In this document: in pieces, positions 40,101 to 55,100 of the stretch
Position numbering within the stretch: the stretch's first letter is position 1
How the letters are laid out: the number at the start of each line of letters is the position of its first letter
Notes under the pieces: generated by a model
What the model was told of the DNA's origin: nothing
The model's input: only the letters and a program-made list of their open reading frames with translations
The model's database searches: none
DNA from: Perna viridis
Taxonomy: Eukaryota
NCBI GenBank assembly: GCA_037379345.1
Contig: CM074512.1
Span: forward strand, 55,015,597-55,079,596
Length of the DNA stretch: 64,000 nucleotides
Reading direction: 5' to 3'
Program-made: the position numbers and the translations under genes

Positions 40101-43100
40101 ATATCATTTATAGAAGAAGACATTAATTCCAATTCATACATGCAACGTTTGCATGGTGTTCTGCTGTTTACAGAGGAACCAACAAGAGATACCACACCAA
40201 ATACCATATGGTTAATTGGTGTTTCATTTCTCTTGCCCCTTAATTAACTGCATTAAACCTTATCCAGGTGGATAAAAAACAAAACAAGTAATGGTGTAAA
40301 ACTTGTACTTGCGAACGTAATACAATAGTGAATTGACTTGTATTGGGTATGTAACTCTCATTGTGAATCCGCAGTTTAACGAATATGTCTCGAGTCTTCA
40401 ATTCAAAAGCACATTTATCATTTGCCAAGCGCTTAGTTTAGTATTTAGACAAAACCTGTGTAAAATACCGACAACAAATAACATGATAAAAGTGTAAGAA
40501 AAGATACAAGCTGTAATACTACGTTCCGAAATCCGAAGGTGAAAAAAAGGTATATCTGTTTCGAAATTTCAGGATGGTCTTCATCATGAAATCCGTTAAA
40601 TGTTTTACAAGGACGATTAATGTAAGTGGTGTCACATGTTTTATTTACATCTTTCAGTCAAGCCTTGGAAATGCTATCATTGGACACCAGCTGATAAGAA
40701 AGAACACGCAAAACTTGGACAGAAGAAAGTATGTGAACGAAATGGAAGAGTGTTTACACGTGGATTGAACGGAAAATATCCAGGATGTAAAACTTGTTGG
40801 TGCTGTCAACCAAATAGTAAGCTGACTAATTATCTCAATACATTTTAATGACAGGTAAAGAATTGCAAACCCTTAGTGTCGAACGATTTTAGACTAGCGA
40901 ATTACAGCTAAAATACACGTTTAAATTGATATTTACGAACCACTGACATTGTTGCAAAGATTTGAGAAAAACTCGTTTTGATGGCATCCGACTATATGCT
41001 ATGCTTTTCGGTTTTTTGGCATAATTTTTGTTTTGCACTGTTGTCTTTTCAATTCATCCAGTCAAGTATAATAATTATTTCACAAAAAGATACGCTCAGA
41101 GTTTGTACGGTATCGTTATGTGTTCATGTTTAATATCCTGATATGACTGTTTCAAACTCCGACTCCATTCTTCGTTGATGTTTACCGCTTTACAATAAAA
41201 CACCATTCGGAGTAATTTCTTACTACATTCCAATTGAATAATTCATGTTTCGTTTAATTTGTGTAAAAATACCAATAAAAGTACATCAATCTATTTTTAC
41301 ATGATATAAGTGTTCAAGATAGCAATATATATGGAAGATTTTTCATTGTAATACTGCGTTTGGAGATCCCGGAAGTGAACAGTAAAATGTAGATCGGTCT
41401 TCGAATTTCAATGTGATCTACATCGTGAAGTCCGGATATAAAATGAAACTAGAACGAGAATTCCAAACCTTTTTTTAATAAAAGTATTTTTCTAAAACTT
41501 TGTATCAGTAAATGAAAATCTTTAGTTTCTTTCATTTCGTGCGAGAAATACCGTAAAGACATAAATTGTCGCACAGGAATTGTTGAAAATATAACCAATC
41601 ATCAGTGCTGACGAGTATGAGAATATACTTCTCCCGATTTTACTATGGAACTCTTTTGGTCAAAGTGTGACAGCAATAACATAAACTGTTTTTCTCCTGT
41701 TGTTTCCTGACGCTACACTACAAAATTCCCTCTCCTTAACATTTCCCAGAAATTACAGACAGTACAAATAGTTCGGACATTGCCTATAAGATAATTCATG
41801 GTTGAGAAAAACACACCGAGTAAAATGGTGTTTATAACAATATTCTTTACTAAATTCAGAGCGGTATTTTTGATAAATCCCTACAGTATTCTTATTCTAA
41901 AATCAACCAAATCAAGAACGGCGAATTTGCAAAGTGCCAATTTCAAACACAGGCCTTTTATTTTTATCTAGAAAGTTCTACAATCGGGTGACAAATTAAG
42001 ACTGGTAATGTGGTATATAACGTTCGCTGAATGTAAAATAAAAGTAAATTTGATCGTCCTTTTACATGCTTGAATTATCCACAGCTTAACGTTAAAGGAA
42101 AACATGTAAATAAAACGGGTATGACAAATTCACATCGAACACATCTCCCTTTAAATGCCTTCAACATTAAACAAATAATGTTACTATAACTGTTTGAGGT
42201 CAATACATTTTGAACTCTAATTATCGACGATAAATTTCACGATCGCCAAATTATAATTTTTTTTATAATAAATGGCATAAACACTGTCTTCCCAAATAGC
42301 ACAAAGACCCAAGTGTATCCCTAAATGTGGACGCAATGAGTACTGTAGAAATAAGAAATGTAGATGTAAGCGTGGGTTCAAGAGATCGGCCCTTGGAAAA
42401 TGCAAGCGTAAGTCGAATTTGACTTTTTTTCATAATTATTGTTTTTTTTTTCAATCTGCTTATTATTATTTTTTTTTCATTCTGGATAATTATCATTTAC
42501 AGTTTTACAATGTATGTTCTGTTCAAAAGCATAATTCGTGCGTTCAGTCACACCTTATCATATATAACATGAAGTTAAATCTCAACTCCGTGTGTCACTT
42601 CTATACTTTCATTACGACATACTCTCAAAAAGCGTGTAATTTTATAATCATTTGTTGTTCAATATGATAACCATATTGCGATCTTTTGACAATGATATGA
42701 TAGATGACACATGGTAAATGTTATTTACCATATCTTTGTACATTTATATAAACATTGAAACATTTAAACAAGTAAAGGAATGAGCTTAATGTAGTTATTT
42801 GGTTGAGCAATTTCTGTTTTAACAAGAAAAAAACCTTGTTTTTTTAAACAGATATAAGAAATGACTTTTATTTTTATCGTTTCTTCTCATACTTTTCATA
42901 ATAAAGTTTTTTTGGTTAAGCAATTTTTATTTGAACAAGAAAAAAAACCTTGTTTATGTAATGATATAAGACATCAGTTTTTTTTCTTCATAGGAATACA
43001 ATCGAAATGTAACCCTAAATGTGGACACAATGAGTACTGTAGAAACATTATAACAAGCATTGGATTTAAACAGCACGATAAAGTTATTTGGTTAAGCAAT

Positions 43101-46100
43101 TTTTATTTTAACAAGAAACAAAACCTTGTTTTTATAATGATAAAAGAAATCAGGTTTATTTGTTTTTCTTCATAGCAATACAATCGAAATGTAACCCTAA
43201 ATGTGGACGCAATGAGTACTGTAGAAATAAGAAATGTAGATGTAAGCGTGGGTTCAAGAGATCGGCCCTTGGGAAATGCAAGCGTAAGTTGAATTTGACT
43301 TTTTTTCATTATTTTTTTTTCAATCTGGTTATAAATATTTACACTTTTACAAAGTTTGTTCAATTCCAAAGCCCACTCCGTGTGTTGAATCATACTTTAT
43401 CACATAAAACACGGTTAAATCTCGACTCCTTGTGTCACTTCTGTTTTCATTACGATATACTCTCCAAAAATGCCTTAAGTTATAATCATATGTTGTTCAA
43501 TATGATAACCGTATTGCGATCTTTTGACAATGATATGATAGATTACACATGGTAAATGTTTATAGTTATATTTATATATGTATAAACATTGAAACATTTA
43601 AACAAGCATTGGGTTTAAGCAGCATGATAAAGTTATTTGGTTAAGCAATTTTTATTTCAACAAGAAAAAAAACCTTGTTTTTGTACTGATTAAAGAAATC
43701 AGGTTTATTTTTTTTTCTTCATAGGAATACAATCGAAATGTAACCCCAAATGTGGACGCAATGAGTACTGTAGAAATAAGAAATGTAGATGTAAGCGTGG
43801 GTTCAAGAGATCGGCCCTTGGAAAATGCAAGCGTAAGTTGAATTTGACTTTTTCTCATTATTTTTTTTTCAATCTGGTTATAAATATTTACACTTTTACA
43901 AAGTTTGTTCAATTCCAAAGCCCACGCCGTGTGTTCAGTCATACTTTATCACATAAAACATGGTTAAATCTCGACTTCTCGTGTCACTTCTGTTTTCATT
44001 ACGATATACTCTCCAAAAATGCCTTAAGTTATGATCATATGTTGTTCAATATGATAACCGTATTGCGATCTTTTGACAATGATATGATAGATTACACATG
44101 GTAAATGTTTATAGTTATATTTATATATGTATAAACATTGAAACATTTAAACAAGCATTGGGTTTAAGCAGCATGATAAAGTTATTTGGTTAAGCAATTT
44201 TTATTTCAACAAGAAAAAAAACCTTGTTTTTGTACTGATTAAAGAAATCAGGTTTATTTTTTTTCTTCATAGGAATACAATCGAAATGTAACCCTAAATG
44301 TGGACGCAATGAGTACTGTAGAAATAAGAAATGTAGATGTAAGCGTGGGTTCAAGAGATCGGCCCTTGGAAAATGCAAGCGTAAGTTGAATTTGACTTTT
44401 TTCATTATTTGTTTTCAACCTGGTTATAAATATTTACACTTTTACAACGTTATTTCAATTCCAAAGCCCACTCCGTGTGTTGAATCATACTTTATCACAT
44501 AAAACATGGTTAAATCTCGACTCCTCGTGTCACTTCTGTTTTCATTACGATATACTCTCCAAAAATGCCTTAAGTTATAATCATATGTTGTTCAATATGA
44601 TAACCGTATTGCGATCTTTTGACAATGATATGATAGAGTATATTTATATATGTATAAACATTGAAACATTTAAACAAGCATTGGATTTAAGCAGCATGAT
44701 AAAGTTATTTGGTTAAGCAATTTTTATTTTAACAAGAAAAAAAACCTTGTTTTTGTAATGATAAAAGAAATCAGGTTTATTTTTTTTCTTCATAGGAATA
44801 CCATCGAAATGTAACCCTAAATGTGGACGCAATCAGTACTGTAGAAATAAGAAATGTAGATGTAAGCGTGGGTTCAAGAGATCGGCCCTTGGAAAATGCA
44901 TGCGTAAGTTGAATTTGACTTTTTTCATTATTTGTTTTCAACCTGGTTATAAATATTTACACTTTTACAACGTTATTTCAATTCCAAAGCCCACTCCGTG
45001 TGTTGAATCATACTTTATCACATAAAACATGGTTAAATCTCGACTCCTTGTGTCACTTCTGTTTTCATTACGATATACTCTCCAAAAATGCCTTAAGTTA
45101 TAATCATATGTTGTTCAATATGATAACCGTATTGCGATCTTTTGACAATGATATGATAGATTACACATGGTAAATGTTTATAGTTATATTTATATATGTA
45201 TAAACATTGAAACATTTAAACAAGCATTGGGTTTAAGCAGCATGATAAAGTTATTTGGTTAAGCAATTTTTATTTCAACAAGAAAAAAAACCTTGTTTTT
45301 GTACTGATTAAAGAAATCAGGTTTATTTTTTTTTCTTCATAGGAATACAATCGAAATGTAACCCCAAATGTGGACGCAATGAGTACTGTAGAAATAAGAA
45401 ATGTAGATGTAAGCGTGGGTTCAAGAGATCGGCCCTTGGAAAATGCAAGCGTAAGTTGAATTTGACTTTTTTTCATTATTGTTTTTTTCTTTCTGGTTAT
45501 AAATATTTACACTTTTACAACGTTTGTTCAATTCCAAAGCCCACTCCGTGTGTTCAGTCATACTTTATCACATAAAACATGGTTAAATCTCGACTCCTCG
45601 TGTCACTTCTGTTTTCATTACGATATACTCTCCAAAAATGCCTTAACTTATAATTATATGTTGTTCAATATGATAACCGTATTGCGATCTTTTGACAATG
45701 ATATGATAGAGTATATTTATATATGTATAAACATTGAAACATTTAAACAAGCATTGGATTTAAGCAGCATGATAAAGTTATTTGGTTAAGCAATTTTTAT
45801 TTTAACAAGAAAAAAAACCTTGTTTTTGTAATGATGAAAGAAATCAGGTTTATTTTTTTTTCTTCATAGGAATACAATCGAAATGTAACCCTAAATGTGG
45901 ACGCAATGAGTACTGTAGAAATAAGAAATGTAGATGTAAGCGTGGGTTCAAGAGATCGGCCCTTGGAAAATGCAAGCGTAAGTTGAATTTGACTTTCTTT
46001 CATTATTTTGTTTCAATCTGGTTATAGATATTTACACTTTTACAACGTTTGTTGAATTCCAAAGCCCACTCCGTGTGTTCAGTCATACTTTATCACATAA

Positions 46101-49100
46101 AACATGGTTAAATCTCGACTCCTTGTGTCACTTCTGTTTTCATTACGATATACTCTCCAAAAATGCCTTAAGTTATAATCATATGTTGTTCAATATGATA
46201 ACCGTATTGCGATCTTTTGACAATGATATGATAGATTACACATGGTAAATGTTTATAGTTATATTTATATATGTATAAACATTGAAACATTTAAACAAGC
46301 ATTGGGTTTAAGCAGCATGATAAAGTTATTTGGTTAAGCAATTTTTATTTCAACAAGAAAAAAAACCTTGTTTTTGTACTGATTAAAGAAATCAGGTTTA
46401 TTTTTTTTTCTTCATAGGAATACAATCGAAATGTAACCCTAAATGTGGACGCAATGAGTACTGTAGAAATAAGAAATGTAGATGTAAGCGTGGGTTCAAG
46501 AGATCAGCCCTTGGAAAATGCAAGCGTAAGTTGAATTTGACTTTTTTTCATTATTTTTTTTTCAATCTGGTTATAAATATTTACACTTTTACAAAGTTTG
46601 TTCAATTCCAAAGCCCACGCCGTGTGTTGAATCATACTTTATCACATAAAACATGGTTAAATCTCGACTTCTCGTGTCACTTCTGTTTTCATTACGATAT
46701 ACTCTCCAAAAATGCCTTAAGTTATAATCATATGTTGTTCAATATGATAACCGTATTGCGATCTTTTGACAATGATATGATAGATTACACATGGTAAATG
46801 TTTATAGTTATATTTATATATGTATAAACATTGAAACATTTAAACAAGCATTGGGTTTAAGCAGCATGATAAAGTTATTTGGTTAAGCAATTTTTATTTC
46901 AACAAGAAAAAAAACCTTGTTTTTGTACTGATTAAAGAAATCAGGTTTATTTTTTTCTTCATAGGAATACAATCGAAATGTAACCCTAAATGTGGACGCA
47001 ATGAGTACTGTAGAAATAAGAAATGTAGATGTAAGCGTGGGTTCAAGAGATCGGCCCTTGGAAAATGCAAGCGTAAGTTGAATTTGACTTTTTTCATTAT
47101 TTGTTTTCAACCTGGTTATAAATATTTACACTTTTACAACGTTATTTCAATTCCAAAGCCCACTCCGTGTGTTGAATCATACTTTATCACATAAAACATG
47201 GTTAAATCTCGACTCCTCGTGTCACTTCTGTTTTCATTACGATATACTCTCCAAAAATGCCTTAAGTTATAATCATATGTTGTTCAATATGATAACCGTA
47301 TTGCGATCTTTTGACAATGATATGATAGATTACACATGGTAAATGTTTATAGTTATATTTATATATGTATAAACATTGAAACATTTAAACAAGCATTGGG
47401 TTTAAGCAGCATGATAAAGTTATTTGGTTAAGCAATTTTTATTTCAACAAGAAAAAAAACCTTGTTTTTGTACTGATTAAAGAAATCAGGTTTATTTTTT
47501 TTTCTTCATAGGAATACAATCGAAATGTAACCCCAAATGTGGACGCAATGAGTACTGTAGAAATAAGAAATGTAGATGTAAGCGTGGGTTCAAGAGATCG
47601 GCCCTTGGAAAATGCAAGCGTAAGTTGAATTTGACTTTTTTTCATTATTGTTTTTTTCTTTCTGGTTATAAATATTTACACTTTTACAACGTTTGTTGAA
47701 TTCCAAAGCCCACTCCGTGTGTTCAGTCATACTTTATCACATAAAACATGGTTAAATCTCGACTCCTCGTGTCACTTCTGTTTTCATTACGATATACTCT
47801 CCAAAAATGCCTTAACTTATAATTATATGTTGTTCAATATGATAACCGTATTGCGATCTTTTGACAATGATATGATAGAGTATATTTATATATGTATAAA
47901 CATTGAAACATTTAAACAAGCATTGGATTTAAGCAGCATGATAAAGTTATTTGGTTAAGCAATTTTTATTTTAACAAGAAAAAAAACCTTGTTTTTGTAA
48001 TGATGAAAGAAATCAGGTTTATTTTTTTTTCTTCATAGGAATACAATCGAAATGTAACCCTAAATGTGGACGCAATGAGTACTGTAGAAATAAGAAATGT
48101 AGATGTAAGCGTGGGTTCAAGAGATCGGCCCTTGGAAAATGCAAGCGTAAGTTGAATTTGACTTTCTTTCATTATTTTGTTTCAATCTGGTTATAGATAT
48201 TTACACTTTTACAACGTTTGTTGAATTCCAAAGCCCACTCCGTGTGTTCAGTCATACTTTATCACATAAAACATGGTTAAATCTCGACTCCTTGTGTCAC
48301 TTCTGTTTTCATTACGATATACTCTCCAAAAATGCCTTAAGTTATAATCATATGTTGTTCAATATGATAACCGTATTGCGATCTTTTGACAATGATATGA
48401 TAGATTACACATGGTAAATGTTTATAGTTATATTTATATATGTATAAACATTGAAACATTTAAACAAGCATTGGGTTTAAGCAGCATGATAAAGTTATTT
48501 GGTTAAGCAATTTTTATTTCAACAAGAAAAAAAACCTTGTTTTTGTACTGATTAAAGAAATCAGGTTTATTTTTTTTTCTTCATAGGAATACAATCGAAA
48601 TGTAACCCTAAATGTGGACGCAATGAGTACTGTAGAAATAAGAAATGTAGATGTAAGCGTGGGTTCAAGAGATCAGCCCTTGGAAAATGCAAGCGTAAGT
48701 TGAATTTGACTTTTTTTCATTATTTTTTTTTCAATCTGGTTATAAATATTTACACTTTTACAAAGTTTGTTCAATTCCAAAGCCCACGCCGTGTGTTGAA
48801 TCATACTTTATCACATAAAACATGGTTAAATCTCGACTTCTCGTGTCACTTCTGTTTTCATTACGATATACTCTCCAAAAATGCCTTAAGTTATAATCAT
48901 ATGTTGTTCAATATGATAACCGTATTGCGATCTTTTGACAATGATATGATAGATTACACATGGTAAATGTTTATAGTTATATTTATATATGTATAAACAT
49001 TGAAACATTTAAACAAGCATTGGGTTTAAGCAGCATGATAAAGTTATTTGGTTAAGCAATTTTTATTTCAACAAGAAAAAAAACCTTGTTTTTGTACTGA

Positions 49101-52100
49101 TTAAAGAAATCAGGTTTATTTTTTTTCTTCATAGGAATACAATCGAAATGTAACCCTAAATGTGGACGCAATGAGTACTGTAGAAATAAGAAATGTAGAT
49201 GTAAGCGTGGGTTCAAGAGATCGGCCCTTGGAAAATGCAAGCGTAAGTTGAATTTGACTTTTTTCATTATTTGTTTTCAACCTGGTTATAAATATTTACA
49301 CTTTTACAACGTTATTTCAATTCCAAAGCCCACTCCGTGTGTTGAATCATACTTTATCACATAAAACATGGTTAAATCTCGACTCCTCGTGTCACTTCTG
49401 TTTTCATTACGATATACTCTCCAAAAATGCCTTAAGTTATAATCATATGTTGTTCAATATGATAACCGTATTGCGATCTTTTGACAATGATATGATAGAT
49501 TACACATGGTAAATGTTTATAGTTATATTTATATATGTATAAACATTGAAACATTTAAACAAGCATTGGGTTTAAGCAGCATGATAAAGTTATTTGGTTA
49601 AGCAATTTTTATTTCAACAAGAAAAAAAACCTTGTTTTTGTACTGATTAAAGAAATCAGGTTTATTTTTTTTTCTTCATAGGAATACAATCGAAATGTAA
49701 CCCCAAATGTGGACGCAATGAGTACTGTAGAAATAAGAAATGTAGATGTAAGCGTGGGTTCAAGAGATCGGCCCTTGGAAAATGCAAGCGTAAGTTGAAT
49801 TTGACTTTTTTTCATTATTGTTTTTTTCTTTCTGGTTATAAATATTTACACTTTTACAACGTTTGTTGAATTCCAAAGCCCACTCCGTGTGTTCAGTCAT
49901 ACTTTATCACATAAAACATGGTTAAATCTCGACTCCTCGTGTCACTTCTGTTTTCATTACGATATACTCTCCAAAAATGCCTTAACTTATAATTATATGT
50001 TGTTCAATATGATAACCGTATTGCGATCTTTTGACAATGATATGATAGAGTATATTTATATATGTATAAACATTGAAACATTTAAACAAGCATTGGATTT
50101 AAGCAGCATGATAAAGTTATTTGGTTAAGCAATTTTTATTTTAACAAGAAAAAAAACCTTGTTTTTGTAATGATGAAAGAAATCAGGTTTATTTTTTTTT
50201 CTTCATAGGAATACAATCGAAATGTAACCCTAAATGTGGACGCAATGAGTACTGTAGAAATAAGAAATGTAGATGTAAGCGTGGGTTCAAGAGATCGGCC
50301 CTTGGAAAATGCAAGCGTAAGTTGAATTTGACTTTCTTTCATTATTTTGTTTCAATCTGGTTATAGATATTTACACTTTTACAACGTTTGTTGAATTCCA
50401 AAGCCCACTCCGTGTGTTCAGTCATACTTTATCACATAAAACATGGTTAAATCTCGACTCCTTGTGTCACTTCTGTTTTCATTACGATATACTCTCCAAA
50501 AATGCCTTAAGTTATAATCATATGTTGTTCAATATGATAACCGTATTGCGATCTTTTGACAATGATATGATAGATTACACATGGTAAATGTTTATAGTTA
50601 TATTTATATATGTATAAACATTGAAACATTTAAACAAGCATTGGGTTTAAGCAGCATGATAAAGTTATTTGGTTAAGCAATTTTTATTTCAACAAGAAAA
50701 AAAACCTTGTTTTTGTACTGATTAAAGAAATCAGGTTTATTTTTTTTTCTTCATAGGAATACAATCGAAATGTAACCCTAAATGTGGACGCAATGAGTAC
50801 TGTAGAAATAAGAAATGTAGATGTAAGCGTGGGTTCAAGAGATCAGCCCTTGGAAAATGCAAGCGTAAGTTGAATTTGACTTTTTTTCATTATTTTTTTT
50901 TCAATCTGGTTATAAATATTTACACTTTTACAAAGTTTGTTCAATTCCAAAGCCCACGCCGTGTGTTGAATCATACTTTATCACATAAAACATGGTTAAA
51001 TCTCGACTTCTCGTGTCACTTCTGTTTTCATTACGATATACTCTCCAAAAATGCCTTAAGTTATAATCATATGTTGTTCAATATGATAACCGTATTGCGA
51101 TCTTTTGACAATGATATGATAGATTACACATGGTAAATGTTTATAGTTATATTTATATATGTATAAACATTGAAACATTTAAACAAGCATTGGGTTTAAG
51201 CAGCATGATAAAGTTATTTGGTTAAGCAATTTTTATTTCAACAAGAAAAAAAACCTTGTTTTTGTACTGATTAAAGAAATCAGGTTTATTTTTTTTCTTC
51301 ATAGGAATACAATCGAAATGTAACCCTAAATGTGGACGCAATGAGTACTGTAGAAATAAGAAATGTAGATGTAAGCGTGGGTTCAAGAGATCGGCCCTTG
51401 GAAAATGCAAGCGTAAGTTGAATTTGACTTTTTTCATTATTTGTTTTCAACCTGGTTATAAATATTTACACTTTTACAACGTTATTTCAATTCCAAAGCC
51501 CACTCCGTGTGTTGAATCATACTTTATCACATAAAACATGGTTAAATCTCGACTCCTCGTGTCACTTCTGTTTTCATTACGATATACTCTCCAAAAATGC
51601 CTTAAGTTATAATCATATGTTGTTCAATATGATAACCGTATTGCGATCTTTTGACAATGATATGATAGAGTATATTTATATATGTATAAACATTGAAACA
51701 TTTAAACAAGCATTGGATTTAAGCAGCATGATAAAGTTATTTGGTTAAGCAATTTTTATTTTAACAAGAAAAAAAACCTTGTTTTTGTAATGATAAAAGA
51801 AATCAGGTTTATTTTTTTTCTTCATAGGAATACCATCGAAATGTAACCCTAAATGTGGACGCAATGAGTACTGTAGAAATAAGAAATGTAGATGTAAGCG
51901 TGGGTTCAAGAGATCGGCCCTTGGAAAATGCATGCGTAAGTTGAATTTGACTTTTTTCATTATTTGTTTTCAACCTGGTTATAAATATTTACACTTTTAC
52001 AACGTTATTTCAATTCCAAAGCCCACTCCGTGTGTTGAATCATACTTTATCACATAAAACATGGTTAAATCTCGACTCCTTGTGTCACTTCTGTTTTCAT

Positions 52101-55100
52101 TACGATATACTCTCCAAAAATGCCTTAAGTTATAATCATATGTTGTTCAATATGATAACCGTATTGCGATCTTTTGACAATGATATGATAGATTACACAT
52201 GGTAAATGTTTATAGTTATATTTATATATGTATAAACATTGAAACATTTAAACAAGCATTGGATTTAAGCAGCATGATAAAGTTATTTGGTTAAGCAATT
52301 TTTATTTCAACAAGAAAAAAAACCTTGTTTTTGTACTGATTAAAGAAATCAGGTTTATTTTTTTTTCTTCATAGGAATACAATCGAAATGTAACCCCAAA
52401 TGTGGACGCAATGAGTACTGTAGAAATAAGAAATGTAGATGTAAGCGTGGGTTCAAGAGATCGGCCCTTGGAAAATGCAAGCGTAAGTTGAATTTGACTT
52501 TTTTTCATTATTGTTTTTTTCTTTCTGGTTATAAATATTTACACTTTTACAACGTTTGTTGAATTCCAAAGCCCACTCCGTGTGTTCAGTCATACTTTAT
52601 CACATAAAACATGGTTAAATCTCGACTCCTCGTGTCACTTCTGTTTTCATTACGATATACTCTCCAAAAATGCCTTAACTTATAATTATATGTTGTTCAA
52701 TATGATAACCGTATTGCGATCTTTTGACAATGATATGATAGAGTATATTTATATATGTATAAACATTGAAACATTTAAACAAGCATTGGATTTAAGCAGC
52801 ATGATAAAGTTATTTGGTTAAGCAATTTTTATTTTAACAAGAAAAAAAACCTTGTTTTTGTAATGATGAAAGAAATCAGGTTTATTTTTTTTTCTTCATA
52901 GGAATACAATCGAAATGTAACCCTAAATGTGGACGCAATGAGTACTGTAGAAATAAGAAATGTAGATGTAAGCGTGGGTTCAAGAGATCGGCCCTTGGAA
53001 AATGCAAGCGTAAGTTGAATTTGACTTTCTTTCATTATTTTGTTTCAATCTGGTTATAGATATTTACACTTTTACAACGTTTGTTGAATTCCAAAGCCCA
53101 CTCCGTGTGTTCAGTCATACTTTATCACATAAAACATGGTTAAATCTCGACTCCTTGTGTCACTTCTGTTTTCATTACGATATACTCTCCAAAAATGCCT
53201 TAAGTTATAATCATATGTTGTTCAATATGATAACCGTATTGCGATCTTTTGACAATGATATGATAGATTACACATGGTAAATGTTTATAGTTATATTTAT
53301 ATATGTATAAACATTGAAACATTTAAACAAGCATTGGGTTTAAGCAGCATGATAAAGTTATTTGGTTAAGCAATTTTTATTTCAACAAGAAAAAAAAACC
53401 TTGTTTTTGTACTGATTAAAGAAATCAGGTTTATTTGTTTTTCTTCATAGGAATACAATCGAAATGTAACCCTAAATGTGGACGCAATGAGTACTGTAGA
53501 AATAAGAAATGTAGATGTAAGCGTGGGTTCAAGAGATCAGCCCTTGGAAAATGCAAGCGTAAGTTGAATTTGACTTTCTTTCATTATTTTTTTTTCAATC
53601 TGGTTATAAATATTTACACTTTTACAAAGTTTGTTCAATTCCAAAGCCCACGCCGTGTGTTCAGTCATACTTTATCACATAAAACATGGTTAAATCTCGA
53701 CTTCTCGTGTCACTTCTGTTTTCATTACGATATACTCTCCAAAAATGCCTTAAGTTATAATCATATGTTGTTCAATATGATAACCGTATTGCGATCTTTT
53801 GACAATGATATGATAGATTACACATGGTAAATGTTTATAGTTATATTTATATATGTATAAACATTGAAACATTTAAACAAGCATTGGGTTTAAGCAGCAT
53901 GATAAAGTTATTTGGTTAAGCAATTTTTATTTCAACAAGAAAAAAAACCTTGTTTTTGTACTGATTAAAGAAATCAGGTTTATTTTTTTTCTTCATAGGA
54001 ATACAATCGAAATGTAACCCTAAATGTGGACGCAATGAGTACTGTAGAAATAAGAAATGTAGATGTAAGCGTGGGTTCAAGAGATCGGCCCTTGGAAAAT
54101 GCAAGCGTAAGTTGAATTTGACTTTTTTCATTATTTGTTTTCAACCTGGTTATAAATATTTACACTTTTACAACGTTATTTCAATTCCAAAGCCCACTCC
54201 GTGTGTTGAATCATACTTTATCACATAAAACATGGTTAAATCTCGACTCCTCGTGTCACTTCTGTTTTCATTACGATATACTCTCCAAAAATGCCTTAAG
54301 TTATAATCATATGTTGTTCAATATGATAACCGTATTGCGATCTTTTGACAATGATATGATAGAGTATATTTATATATGTATAAACATTGAAACATTTAAA
54401 CAAGCATTGGATTTAAGCAGCATGATAAAGTTATTTGGTTAAGCAATCTTTATTTTAACAAGAAAAAAAACCTTGTTTTTGTAATGATAAAAGAAATCAG
54501 GTTTATTTTTTTTCTTCATAGGAATACCATCGAAATGTAACCCTAAATGTGGACGCAATCAGTACTGTAGAAATAAGAAATGTAGATGTAAGCGTGGGTT
54601 CAAGAGATCGGCCCTTGGAAAATGCATGCGTAAGTTGAATTTGACTTTTTTCATTATTTGTTTTCAACCTGGTTATAAATATTTACACTTTTACAACGTT
54701 ATTTCAATTCCAAAGCCCACTCCGTGTGTTGAATCATACTTTATCACATAAAACATGGTTAAATCTCGACTCCTCGTGTCACTTCTGTTTTCATTACGAT
54801 ATACTCTCCAAAAATGCCTTAAGTTATAATCATATGTTGTTCAATATGATAACCGTATTGCGATCTTTTGACAATGATATGATAGAGTACACATGGTAAA
54901 TGTTTATAGTTATATTTATATATGTATAAACATTGAAACATTTAAACAAGCATTGGGTTTAAGCAGCATGATAAAGTTATTTGGTTAAGCAATTTTTATT
55001 TTAACAAGAAAAAAAACCTTGTTTTTGTACTGATTAAAGAAATCTGGTTTATTTTTTTTTCTTCATAGGAATACCATCGAAATGTAACCCTAAATGTGGA

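Larger units (their letters stand above)
31723..41256 (+). repeat. Internal segmental duplication, copy 2
   Basis: Matches 13237-22806; homology stops at ...catgtttcgttt near 41256. Confidence 0.95.

Noticed and set aside
1010-40848. Repeated 66-70-aa ORFs (MFYLHLSVKPWKC...) as a tandem family of small standalone peptide genes
   Set aside because: The ATG lies in the polypyrimidine tract before an AG acceptor and the tail runs past a GTAAG donor. There is no signal peptide. These are exon A read-throughs.
41598-41635. Possible hammerhead cores (tcatcag / ctgacgag)
   Set aside because: No properly placed GAAA or stem III on either strand.
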